Source: Sedimentisphaerales bacterium (GTDB lineage: Bacteria; Planctomycetota; Phycisphaerae; Sedimentisphaerales; Anaerobacaceae). Taken from it: 64,000 bases of DNA. Position numbers and translations under genes: made by a program. The stretch is from the NCBI GenBank assembly GCA_040772485.1, contig JAXGYC010000008.1, forward strand, positions 512,001-576,000. The letters are read 5' to 3'. The notes under the pieces were generated by a model. It saw nothing but the letters and a program-made list of their open reading frames with translations, did no database searches and had not been told where the DNA came from. Below are positions 18,527-29,163 of the stretch, in pieces. Numbering within the stretch: the stretch's first letter is position 1; each line of letters starts with the position of its first letter.

Positions 18527-20536
18527 ATGAGTCCGAGAAAATCTGTCGTTGTGGTGCTCGTGTGCTTCTGCCTGCTCTGCGGCGGGCTGGTTCTCGAGTC
18601 GGGAGCGTTCCGTACGACCGCCTCGCCTGAGGGGATCGATTCGCCGGCGGCACGGTCCGGCTTGCTGCTGCTCCAGCAGACCACCGAGGTCAATGCCCCG
18701 GGCAGCACGCCGCCGACACCCGCGCCGCCGCAGCCGCAGCTTCAAGCGGCGCCGTCCGAAGTCTTCGGCGCCGTCGGCGGCCCCAGCCAGCGCACCACCG
18801 TCGGTTCGGCGGACCCGAAGTCCGCGTTCAAATTCCAGCTCGAACTCGACTCCAAAGGGGCGGCCATCCGCACCGCCACGTTCAGCGGATTCAAGGATCG
18901 CGAGTACAAAGACCCGCAGCCGCTGGTCTTCCTCTCGCCCGCCGAGTCGGGCAACGGACGCGAGATGCTCTCGATGGCCAACAGAGGCCTGGTCCTTGTC
19001 AACCAGCAGCAACAGCTCAGTCTCGATGCCTTGAGCTGGAAGACGCTCGGCGCCGAAACCACAGACGCCGGAGACCAAACCGTCTCTTTCGAGGCCACCA
19101 TCACCGGTTCGCAGAATCGACCGTTCCTGAAGCTGGTCAAAAAGTACCACGTCAGGCCCGACAGCTATCTCGTCGAATGCTCCCTGACGATCGACAACCT
19201 CTCTGACGCGACACAGAAGGTGCGCTACGATCTCGGCGGGCCCCTGGGCCTGGAGCGGGAGGCCTTTCGAGAGGACATGAGAAGCATCATCGGCGGCTAC
19301 CAGGGCGCCCAAGGCCAGATCACTCGGAGCAAGCTCGACAAGAAGACCCTGCTCAAGGCCGGCACGCCGCTGCCGATCGAGCCGAAGAACGGAGGCGGCC
19401 AGTTCCTCTGGGCCGCGGCGGTCAACAAGTACTTCGCCGCCATCCTGGTGCCGGTGCCCGACACCAACGACGCCTTCTGCGATTGGATTAGCGGACGTAC
19501 CGGCCGGCTGTACAACCCTGATGGTGACCGCAAGGCGGACACCGGGGACGAGACGGTGGGCCTCGATTTCTCAGTAGCGTCGGCGACGCTCGCTCCCGCC
19601 GGACAGCCCGACAGCGCCCGAACGTACAACTTCCAGCTCTACCTCGGGCCCAAAGACAAGAGCCTCTTCGACAAGAACGAACTCTACAAGCGGCTCGGCT
19701 TCGTCCAGACCATCGACTTCATGGGCTGCTGCTGCCCATCGAGCATCATCAACCCGCTGGCCTTCGCGATCCTGGCGATCATGAAGGCGATGTACACCGT
19801 CATCCACAACTACGGCGTCGTCATCATCATCCTGGTCTTCCTCATGCGGCTGATCCTTCACCCGATCACCAAGAAGAGCCAGGTCTCCATGAGCAAGATG
19901 AGCCAGTTGGCGCCCCGGGCCGAGGAGATCAAGAAGAAGTACGCCAGCAACAAGGCGGAGATGAACAAGAAGCTCATGGAGCTTTACCGCGAGCAGGGGG
20001 CCTCGCCCATCATGGGCTTCCTTCCGATGATGGTGCAGATGCCCATCTGGATCGCCCTCTGGAGCGCCGTGTATACGAGCATCGACCTGCGCGGGGCGGC
20101 CTTCCTGCCGTTCTGGATCACCGATCTGTCGGTGCCCGATGCGCTGATCCGCTGGTCGCCGATCACCATCCCGCTGCTGGGCTGGAAGGTCGCGTCGCTC
20201 AACGTGCTGCCCCTGCTGATGGGCCTGGCGTTCTATCTCCAGCAGAAGCTGATGCCGACCCAAGTCAATGCGGCCACAAACCCGCAGATGGCCCAGCAAC
20301 AGAAGATGATGATGATCATGATGCCGCTGCTGTTCCCGCTGATGCTGTACAACGGCCCATCCGGCGTGAATCTCTACATCATGGCCAGCACCTTCGCCGG
20401 CGTGATCGAGCAGCACGTCATCCGCAAGCACATCCGCCAGCGCGAAGAGGCCGAGGCCAAAGGCCTCGTCGCCGTCACGAGCAAGACCGGCGGCAAGGTC
20501 AAGAAGAAGAAACCCAAGCCGTTCTACAAGTTCTAA
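18527..20536 (+). CDS. yidC: Membrane protein insertase YidC
   Basis: Periplasmic domain, YLGPK, NYGVVII, LPMMVQMPIW, WITDLSVPD, PSGVNLY. Confidence 0.95.
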   Translation: MSPRKSVVVVLVCFCLLCGGLVLESGAFRTTASPEGIDSPAARSGLLLLQQTTEVNAPGSTPPTPAPPQPQLQAAPSEVFGAVGGPSQRTTVGSADPKSAFKFQLELDSKGAAIRTATFSGFKDREYKDPQPLVFLSPAESGNGREMLSMANRGLVLVNQQQQLSLDALSWKTLGAETTDAGDQTVSFEATITGSQNRPFLKLVKKYHVRPDSYLVECSLTIDNLSDATQKVRYDLGGPLGLEREAFREDMRSIIGGYQGAQGQITRSKLDKKTLLKAGTPLPIEPKNGGGQFLWAAAVNKYFAAILVPVPDTNDAFCDWISGRTGRLYNPDGDRKADTGDETVGLDFSVASATLAPAGQPDSARTYNFQLYLGPKDKSLFDKNELYKRLGFVQTIDFMGCCCPSSIINPLAFAILAIMKAMYTVIHNYGVVIIILVFLMRLILHPITKKSQVSMSKMSQLAPRAEEIKKKYASNKAEMNKKLMELYREQGASPIMGFLPMMVQMPIWIALWSAVYTSIDLRGAAFLPFWITDLSVPDALIRWSPITIPLLGWKVASLNVLPLLMGLAFYLQQKLMPTQVNAATNPQMAQQQKMMMIMMPLLFPLMLYNGPSGVNLYIMASTFAGVIEQHVIRKHIRQREEAEAKGLVAVTSKTGGKVKKKKPKPFYKF

Positions 20537-20548
20537 AGCGGCCTTGTT

Positions 20549-20595
20549 ATAGGTCCTATCGGTCCCATAGGACCAATGAGACCGATAGGACCTAT
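20549..20595. repeat. 9-mer periodic palindrome (ATAGGTCCT/AGGACCTAT family)
   Basis: ATAGGTCCTATCGGTCCCAT-N7-ATGAGACCGATAGGACCTAT with one mismatch; partial copies near 31443-31471 and 53649-53690. Confidence 0.75.
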
Positions 20596-22057
20596 GAACC
20601 ACGCAGACACCATCGTGGCCGTCAGTTCCGCAGCAGGGGGGCTTCGATCCATCGTTCGCATCACCGGTCCTGACGCGCTCACGGCGTGCCAGCGCGTGTT
20701 CACGGAGCCCATCGCACTCCGCACGAACGGCATTCTGTCCGGATCGGTCTCCATCGCTGCCGGCGTGACAGTGGACGGGCGGCTCTATCTCTTCTTCGCA
20801 CCGCATTCGTACACCGGGCAGACCCTCGCCGAGCTTCACGTGTACGCCAGCCCGGTCCTGGTCGCGACACTGGTGCAGAATCTTCTGGCGACGGGTCTTC
20901 GCGTGGCTGGTCCCGGCGAGTTCACCGCCCGCGCTTACCTCAACGGCAAGATGGACCTGGCCCAGGCCGAGGCGGTCAACGAGATCGTCGCCGGCTCCAA
21001 TCGCTTCCAGGTCGAGGCCGCCGAAAGACTCCTGAGCGGCCGCCTGACCGAGACCACCAAGGCGGCGCGATCCGCTCTGGTGGATTGTCTGAGCCTGATC
21101 GAGGCGGGCCTCGATTTCAGCACCGAGGACATCGCCTTAATCGGCCCTGGCGAGGCGGCAGCGCGGCTCGGCCGGATCAAGAGCAACCTCGAAGGCCTTC
21201 TGAGCGGCAGCATCCGCTACGAATCGCTGATCGATCTGCCTGCCGTCGGCATCGCCGGCGCGCCCAACGCCGGTAAGAGCAGTCTCCTGAACGCGATGCT
21301 GGGCCACGACAGAAGCCTCGTTTCGGATCGTCCCAGGACGACCCGCGACGTTCTGAGCGGCATATTGACTGTCGTTCCCGCGGGGCCCGGCAGGGTGGCA
21401 AGCGGCAAGTGCCAAGTGTCGAGCTTTCCTGCTTCACACTTCAAACTTCACACTTCAAACTTCGTCCAGTGCGTGCTGTTCGATTGCGCCGGCCTGCTGA
21501 CCGCACCCGAGCACATCATCGATCGACTCGCCCAGCAGGCGGCCATCGAGGCACTGAGGCATTCCCAAGTCGTGATCTTCTGCGTCGATGCGGCCAAGCC
21601 CGACATCAGCGAAGACCTCGCCATCCGCGCCCTGGTCCAGCCGGAAACCGTGCTCTACGTCGCGACCAAAGCCGACCTCCTGGATGCGTTCGAGCTGGAC
21701 CGCGCGACCGAACACCTGGCCGGCGTTTTTGGAGGACCGTTCCTGCCCGTCTCGGCTCGGACAGGGCAGGGACTGCGACAATTACAGGACCTTGTCGCCC
21801 GGTCGCTTTCAGCCGGACCACAAGAGGCGACACAGGAAGCCCGCGACGCCGTGGCGCTGACAGCCCGGCACCGCCAGGCCGTGAGCGAGGCGATTGCGAA
21901 CCTCGACCAGGCGATGAGCCAGATCGAGCAGGGGGCCGAAGAGGTCGCCGCCGCAATGATCCGCGAAGCGTGCCAGGCGCTGTCGGAGATCGAGCAGCAG
22001 CCCATCGACGAGCAGATCCTCGACCGCATCTTCAGCCGCTTCTGCGTCGGAAAGTGA
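20594..22057 (+). CDS. mnmE: tRNA modification GTPase MnmE
   Basis: DTIVAVSS, PHSYTG, GEFTARAYLNGKMDLAQAE, GAPNAGKSS, TTRD, C-terminal FSRFCVGK; carries a ~28-aa insertion. Confidence 0.95.
   Translation: MNHADTIVAVSSAAGGLRSIVRITGPDALTACQRVFTEPIALRTNGILSGSVSIAAGVTVDGRLYLFFAPHSYTGQTLAELHVYASPVLVATLVQNLLATGLRVAGPGEFTARAYLNGKMDLAQAEAVNEIVAGSNRFQVEAAERLLSGRLTETTKAARSALVDCLSLIEAGLDFSTEDIALIGPGEAAARLGRIKSNLEGLLSGSIRYESLIDLPAVGIAGAPNAGKSSLLNAMLGHDRSLVSDRPRTTRDVLSGILTVVPAGPGRVASGKCQVSSFPASHFKLHTSNFVQCVLFDCAGLLTAPEHIIDRLAQQAAIEALRHSQVVIFCVDAAKPDISEDLAIRALVQPETVLYVATKADLLDAFELDRATEHLAGVFGGPFLPVSARTGQGLRQLQDLVARSLSAGPQEATQEARDAVALTARHRQAVSEAIANLDQAMSQIEQGAEEVAAAMIREACQALSEIEQQPIDEQILDRIFSRFCVGK
21395..21463. 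repeat. Heptamer-periodic inverted repeat element inserted in frame in mnmE
   Basis: GTGGCAA GCGGCAA GTGCCAA GTGTCGA ... CTTCACA CTTCAAA CTTCACA CTTCAAA CTTC. Confidence 0.8.
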
Positions 22058-22243
22058 CAATCCCCGTGAGAACATCCTGGCTACCACACAAACACTTCAG
22101 TGGTTCAGGGCACTCATGCCGTACGCATCTGGGCCATACCCATGCGCCTCGCGGCGACTCCGGACATTCGGATTGTGCCGCAGCTTCATGTCTGTAGTGG
22201 TCCGCCAGAGGCGGATCAGACGCTTTTCTTTGCCCCCGGCGCG

Positions 22244-22396
22244 CGAAACACGAAATCCGAATCTCGAAACTCGAAACAAGCACGAATGTTCCAAGCTCGA
22301 AACTCAAAGCCTCCCGGCTGGGCGAGAGCTGTTTTGAACATTGGGATTTCGGTCATTCGAGCTTGTCTCGGATTTCGGATTTCGACATTCGTGTTT
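22244..22396. repeat. Heptamer-periodic inverted repeat element (CGAAATC/GATTTCG family)
   Basis: CGAAACA CGAAATC CGAATCT CGAAACT CGAAACA...CTCGGATTTCGGATTTCGACATTCGTGTTT. Confidence 0.8.
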
Positions 22397-22410
22397 TGCC
22401 AGCTTGCTCA

Positions 22411-23157
22411 TCACCGCTTCATTAGCGCGAACGCGCCCCAGCCTAAGTATTCACGCGTGTACGCGGCGTGGCGCTGGGGTTCCGAGGTCAGTTTGGCTCG
22501 AACCTCTTTGGCCAGCTCGTCGTCGGGATTGGCGTCAAGCCATCGGCGCATGGTGAGCCACTTGGCCGCCTCGTATCGGTCCCAACTGTCCTGGTCCGCC
22601 AGAACCATTTCCACGACGTCGTAGCCGAGGCGGCCGAAAGACGCGAGCAGTTCCGTAAGCACGAGAAAGTCGGAGACCGAGCCTGCAAGACACCCCCTGG
22701 CCACATCTTCCGTCGGCGGCAACTGCCGCCAGTAGGGCTCGCCGATGAGGATGATCCCTCCGGGGCGCAGGCTCCGCGCCAGAAGCGCGATGGTGCCGGC
22801 GACACCCCCGCCGATCCACGTGGCGCCGAGACAGGCGGCCACACTCACTTTCTCGTCAGAGACGTAGCCGGCCGCATCGCCATGGATGAACTTGACTCGA
22901 TCGGCGACGCCGAGTTCTTCAGCACGGCGTTTCGCCTGCTCGGTGAACAACTGGCTCATGTCGACGCCGGTGCCGACGACGCCGTAATCGCGTGCCCAGG
23001 TGCACAGCATCTCCCCCGAACCGCTGCCGAGGTCGAGCACGCGGGTCCCCCTTTCCAGACGCAGCGCGGCGCCGAGAGTGGCGAGCTTTTCGGGCGTGAA
23101 CGGGTCATGGATGCGGTGAGCGCTCTCGCTGATGTTGAAGATCCGTGGAATGTCCAA
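22411..23157 (-). CDS. Class I SAM-dependent methyltransferase, YjhP-like (cassette gene)
   Basis: LDIPRIFNISESAHRIH, LDLGSGSGEMLCTWARD, WDRYEAAKWLTMRRWL resemble E. coli YjhP; TTG start after AAGGAG. Confidence 0.88.
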   Translation of the reverse strand: MDIPRIFNISESAHRIHDPFTPEKLATLGAALRLERGTRVLDLGSGSGEMLCTWARDYGVVGTGVDMSQLFTEQAKRRAEELGVADRVKFIHGDAAGYVSDEKVSVAACLGATWIGGGVAGTIALLARSLRPGGIILIGEPYWRQLPPTEDVARGCLAGSVSDFLVLTELLASFGRLGYDVVEMVLADQDSWDRYEAAKWLTMRRWLDANPDDELAKEVRAKLTSEPQRHAAYTREYLGWGAFALMKR

Positions 23158-23197
23158 TGCAGAAATCTCCTTACGAATGTGAATAGATTCGGTCACG

Positions 23198-23253
23198 GCC
23201 TGACAATGCCGCTGAGGGGCGCGCTTCAGCGCGTGCCCTCCGGCGGGTCAGGC
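23198..23253 (-). other. Degenerate attC-like recombination site
   Basis: GCCTGAC-CC-GCCGGAGGGCACGCGCTGAAGCGCGCCCCTCAGC-GGCATT-GTCAGGC; the upstream gene's stop codon lies in the R'' box; GTC in place of GTT. Confidence 0.6.
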
Positions 23254-23729
23254 CCCATCGCTCTTTCGCCACAGTCGAGGAATGAAACGGCCCGTATGTT
23301 TCGCATAGGTCAGATATGCGTTACCGAATTGGGCAACCATGTTCTTCTCCTCATCAACAATGACGAAATGCCAGAGGAGGTGAAGTGCCATGACCAAAGA
23401 AGACCGATCCAATGGTTGAGGAAGACGGCAAGGCCGGGAGCACCTATGGTAATAAAGGATGCGTATAACGGATGACGTACCCAGCGATAGGCGCCTTGCG
23501 TACACAAGCCACGGCCACGCTGAGAGACAGGGAGGGATCGGAAAGACCAGATGGCTCCCGCCAAGGTACATATGCCTGCAATTGCGAGGACGAGGTAGCG
23601 GACCATCGGCGAAAGAGCCAGGGTGCCAGATGGGTACTGCTCTTGACCCCACAATGCGAGACAGAGAAGGCCGACAGTGAGGATGACCCCAAGCGGACCG
23701 GACCCAAATGTGCGAACGAAGTTATTCAT
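23248..23729 (-). pseudogene. Frameshifted isoprenylcysteine carboxyl methyltransferase (ICMT/PEMT-like) membrane protein
   Basis: GAYRWVRHPLYA in one frame; EEKNMVAQFGNAYLTYAKHTGRFIPR in another; shift near 23394. Confidence 0.75.
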
Positions 23730-23747
23730 AAAGTCGCCAAGTATTGT

Positions 23748-23907
23748 GCCTAACCGTTGACTAACAGGTCAATTTGCCCTGATATCATGCTCTGCCTATC
23801 AGCCACGCAGGGTGTGCACCGCACACCATCGCCATGTCGCGACAAGAATAACGACTCTGATCAAAATGAGTAAGCTGTTTCCGGAATTACGTAACCGGTT
23901 GTTAGGC
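23748..23907 (-). other. Disrupted attC-like site (GCCTAAC...GTTAGGC) containing REP-like inserts
   Basis: R'' GCCTAAC contains the DHFR-like gene's stop; R' GTTAGGC 19 bp before the next ATG; no central symmetry. Confidence 0.55.
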
Positions 23908-24570
23908 GTCCGTGGGCCCTTGGTGCCGCAGAACAACATGCGTGGCCTTCTCCGACGCTGCACATTCAACGCATTCGTATCCCAGAGCCCGCAAGTCAAC
24001 CCCTTCGAACAGTCGCTCTCCACTACCAAGCAGGACCGGTGCGATAGCAATGTGCAGCTCATCAATAAGGCCCTCACGAAGATACTGTTGGATTGTGTTG
24101 GGTCCACCGCCAATCCGCACGTCTCTTCCGGCGGCAGCCTCTCGTGCCCGGTCAAGCGCCTCGCGAATGCCGCCCGTGACGAACTGAAACGTCGTGTTGC
24201 CTTCCATCTCGATGGGTGGACGCGCATGATGAGTCAAGATGAAGACTGGAACGTGATACGGCGGATTGTCGCCCCACCAGCCTTTCCAGTTCATGTCCGG
24301 CCAGGGACCGCGAATTGGTCCGAACATGTTCCTTCCGAGAATCCATGCCCCAACATTCTGGAAGCCACGCGCGGCGAAGTCTTCGTCAATCCCCGTTGTG
24401 CCGCCGACTTCGCCAAACAGGGCCCGTTGGAACGTGCGTGTCGGGAATAGCCACTGGTGCAGATCCGTCCCGCCAATGCCGAGCGGATTGCTGACATCCT
24501 GCTTTGGGCCCGCTCCATATCCATCGAGCGAGATAGTGAAGCTCTCAACGCGAACTCGTGTCATCTTCAT
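23902..24570 (-). CDS. Dihydrofolate reductase/RibD C-terminal domain family protein (cassette gene)
   Basis: ISLDGYGAGP, ILGRNMFGP, PVFILTH, DVRIGGG, IAPVLLGSGERLF. Confidence 0.88.
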   Translation of the reverse strand: MKMTRVRVESFTISLDGYGAGPKQDVSNPLGIGGTDLHQWLFPTRTFQRALFGEVGGTTGIDEDFAARGFQNVGAWILGRNMFGPIRGPWPDMNWKGWWGDNPPYHVPVFILTHHARPPIEMEGNTTFQFVTGGIREALDRAREAAAGRDVRIGGGPNTIQQYLREGLIDELHIAIAPVLLGSGERLFEGVDLRALGYECVECAASEKATHVVLRHQGPTDA

Positions 24571-24585
24571 TTCTCTAGTCTGGAC

Positions 24586-24646
24586 GCCTAACTATGTTCA
24601 TATTGATCCGTATAACACTCCAAACATGGCTTTGATTGCCGCATAA
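24586..24646 (-). other. attI-like site without adjacent integrase
   Basis: Minus strand TTATGCGG...TTATACGG direct repeats (31-bp period), then GTTAGGC core just before the first cassette gene; AT-rich, no attC palindrome. Confidence 0.5.
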
Positions 24647-24659
24647 GACACCTGAGTCT

Positions 24660-25218
24660 CGTAGGGTGTGATAAATCCGGGGATAAATCCGGGGACGCCT
24701 TACTCATTTCGCTACCTAATCCAGGTTGTTTTGCACTGGTCGTGTCACTTCCATTTGGCATATTCGCGAACATAGCAGCACCTGAGCATCCGCATACAAT
24801 ATCAGTCACGTACGGTGTGCATTGCACACCATCTCTTCTCGTCGCGGGTTCGGGCGGCACAACTTCCTGGGAGTATTATGGCGGCAATGGATGGGGGAAC
24901 CAAGCGAAAACGCCGGGTGAAAAGCGGGCTTCCGCATGAAGGTCGTGGTTGTGCCGGGAGCGGGTTCGGTCTGGCGTTGCTCGGGTCTCGCATGAATCCC
25001 TCCGTGCGCGCTTTGACACAGGCGCGCCTGGATCCGCATGGGCTCTGAGCCCATCCTGCGATTCGTTCGGGCGAAGGCGGCTGGGGGCCGCCTTCGCCCG
25101 CTCGGTATATGTGTAACAACGCCGGTCGTTTCGCGTGGCGAGAGCGTCCCGCTCTGGCGTCGCACGGCCGTCTCGGCCGTGACATAGGGTACAAGGGCAG
25201 GATGCCCTCGCCATGACC
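24660..25218. repeat. Cluster of several REP-like palindromes
   Basis: Tandem GATAAATCCGGG x2; CGTACGGTGTGCATTGCACACC; GCGAAGGCGGCTGGGGGCCGCCTTCGC; CACGGCCGTCTCGGCCGTG; CAAGGGCAGGATGCCCTCG. Confidence 0.65.
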
Positions 25219-25222
25219 AATC

Positions 25223-27154
<1,932 letters not shown>

Positions 27155-27259
27155 CGCAAACGTCCTTTCCTTGGTACCGCATCGCGTTCGAAGCTATTGG
27201 GCAAGTGCGATCCGCCCTGCAAAGCGCGCATGAGAAACAATCAGTCGGACAATTGGAAA

Positions 27260-27275
27260 TGCAAAAAACGTGCCA
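27260..27275 (-). promoter_or_regulatory. sigma54 (-24/-12) promoter for dnaK
   Basis: TGGCAC-GTTTT-TTGCA, exact consensus. Confidence 0.8.
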
Positions 27276-27396
27276 GCAACTCCCACGACGCGCTGCAAAC
27301 CATCTAACCCGTTTGCGTGTATAGCCTTATGCACAGGACGCCGTACCCATCAACGGGCCGGATCGGCTCGGAAGACCCTCGAATTGTCACGTTCTG

Positions 27397-27409
27397 TGCC
27401 ATTTTGGCA
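27397..27409. promoter_or_regulatory. Putative enhancer (bEBP binding) palindrome
   Basis: TGCCATTTTGGCA about 120 bp upstream of the dnaK sigma54 promoter. Confidence 0.55.
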
Positions 27410-27468
27410 GGGCGCCGGGCCGTATGCCTGCGCCGGCCCGCTCCGCCACGCGATCGAGGGTTTTTGGT

Positions 27469-27497
27469 TTGCCGGGCACTTGTGGGCCCCCTATAAT
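27469..27497 (+). promoter_or_regulatory. Putative sigma70 promoter for tRNA-Leu
   Basis: TTGCCG-17bp-TATAAT. Confidence 0.6.
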
Positions 27498-27631
27498 ACA
27501 TCGTCCAGCTAATCGCAGGGAGCTGTGACAGCATGGCCGTGGAAGGTCGCGTCATCCCCATGGGGATTCGGTCGGCCTTCGCACCCGGTCAGGACAGATC
27601 AGATAGATTCATGTTCATGGCGCAACGCCTC

Positions 27632-27714
27632 GGCCGAGTGGCGGAATGGCAGACGCTGGGGCCTTAAAAGCCCCTGCTCGCAAGGGCGTGTGGGTTCGAA
27701 TCCCACCTCGGCTA
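27632..27714 (+). tRNA. tRNA-Leu (anticodon TAA), CCA not encoded
   Basis: Acceptor GGCCGAG/CTCGGCT, D-arm GCGGAATGGCAGACGC, anticodon stem GGGGC-CTTAAAA-GCCCC, long variable arm, GGTTCGAATCC. Confidence 0.95.
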
Positions 27715-27802
27715 TTCTGCGTCCGCGACGGACAGCCCCCGTCGCAACGGCCAGGCAGCGCCGGACAACGGACGTTTGTCCAGGAATTGGAGACGCTAAG
27801 TA

Positions 27803-29134
27803 ATGGCAAGAAAGAACCTTAAGCTCGTCGACACCGAAGCCCCCAACCTCTATCGCGAGATCTTCCCCTACAGCGAGTTCCCCAAAGTCATCTTCGACCG
27901 CGAGCGGATCGACTATGAGATTCCCGACAAGATCTGGATCACCGATACGACGTTTCGCGACGGCCAGCAGGCCAAGCCGCCATACAAGCCTGAGCAGATC
28001 CTCCGCATCTATGACCTTCTGCACGAGATCGACGGCGGGACCGGCCTGATCCGCCAGTGCGAGTTCTTCCTCTACTCCGAGCGGGACCGCAAGGCGGTCG
28101 AACTGTGCCAGGAACGGGGCTACCAATACCCCGAGATCACCGGGTGGATTCGCGCTGTAGCCGCCGACTTCAAGCTCGTTTCGCAGATGGGCCTCAAGGA
28201 GACCGGCATCCTGACCTCCGCCAGCGACTATCACATCTTCCTGAAGCTGCGAAAGACGCGGTCGCAGGCCCTGGCCGCCTACCTCGACATCGTCAAGGCG
28301 TCGCTCGACAGCGGCGTTCGCCCGCGCTGCCACTTCGAAGACATCACGCGGGCCGATTTCGACGGCTTCGTCCTGCCGTTCGCCAACGAACTGCTCAAGC
28401 TCGGCGATGCATACAATCAGCCGGTCAAGATCCGCCTGTGCGACACGCTGGGTTTCGGGCTTCCGTGGGCGGGGGTGGCTCTGCCTCGCAGCGTGCCGAA
28501 GCTGGTGCACGGCCTCCGCAAGATCGGCGTCCAGCCCGAGCAGCTCGAATGGCACGGACACAACGACTTTCACAAGGTGCTCGTCGATGCTTCGACCGCC
28601 TGGCTTTTTGGCTGCTGCGCCGCCAACGCGGCGATCTTCGGCTGCGGCGAACGCACGGGCAACCCGCCGCTCGAGGCCCTGGTCATCGAACACGCCCAGT
28701 TGAAGGGGATGACCGAGGGCGTCAACTACGCGGCAATCACCGAACTGGCCGAGTACGCGCACAAGGAGATGCACTTCGAGATCCCGCGCAACTATCCGCT
28801 GGTCGGACGCGACTTCAACGTGACGCGCGCCGGCATCCACGCCGACGGCCTGCTCAAGAACGAAGAGATCTACAACTGCTTCGACACCCAGAAGCTGCTC
28901 AATCGTTCCGTCGGCGTGGCCATCACCGACAAGACGGGGGCGGCCGGCATCAAGCACTGGGTCGAGGCCCACTACGACATCCAGATCGCCAAGCACGATC
29001 CGCGCATCGTCTGGATCAAGGATCAGATCGACGCCGAGTACGCCGCCGACCGCGTCTCGGTGATCTCCGACGACGAGATGTTCGCCTGGATCCGCGAGGC
29101 GTTCGGGCCGGACCTGCCGGCAATGAGGCAATGA
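27803..29134 (+). CDS. Re-citrate synthase (DRE-TIM/isopropylmalate synthase family)
   Basis: ITDTTFRDGQQ, RPRCHFEDITRADF, EWHGHNDF, GERTGN, FNVTRAGIHADG; resembles the Clostridium kluyveri-type enzyme. Confidence 0.82.
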   Translation: MARKNLKLVDTEAPNLYREIFPYSEFPKVIFDRERIDYEIPDKIWITDTTFRDGQQAKPPYKPEQILRIYDLLHEIDGGTGLIRQCEFFLYSERDRKAVELCQERGYQYPEITGWIRAVAADFKLVSQMGLKETGILTSASDYHIFLKLRKTRSQALAAYLDIVKASLDSGVRPRCHFEDITRADFDGFVLPFANELLKLGDAYNQPVKIRLCDTLGFGLPWAGVALPRSVPKLVHGLRKIGVQPEQLEWHGHNDFHKVLVDASTAWLFGCCAANAAIFGCGERTGNPPLEALVIEHAQLKGMTEGVNYAAITELAEYAHKEMHFEIPRNYPLVGRDFNVTRAGIHADGLLKNEEIYNCFDTQKLLNRSVGVAITDKTGAAGIKHWVEAHYDIQIAKHDPRIVWIKDQIDAEYAADRVSVISDDEMFAWIREAFGPDLPAMRQ

Positions 29135-29163
29135 GAATCCAACGCTGCTTCGGACTTGGGCGC

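Noticed and set aside
22244..25218. CRISPR array
   Set aside because: Repeats are palindromic or short-period; no constant repeat with unique spacers and no cas genes
27632..27800. Island integrated at tRNA-Leu
   Set aside because: No duplicated tRNA 3' end or integrase seen; followed directly by a metabolic gene
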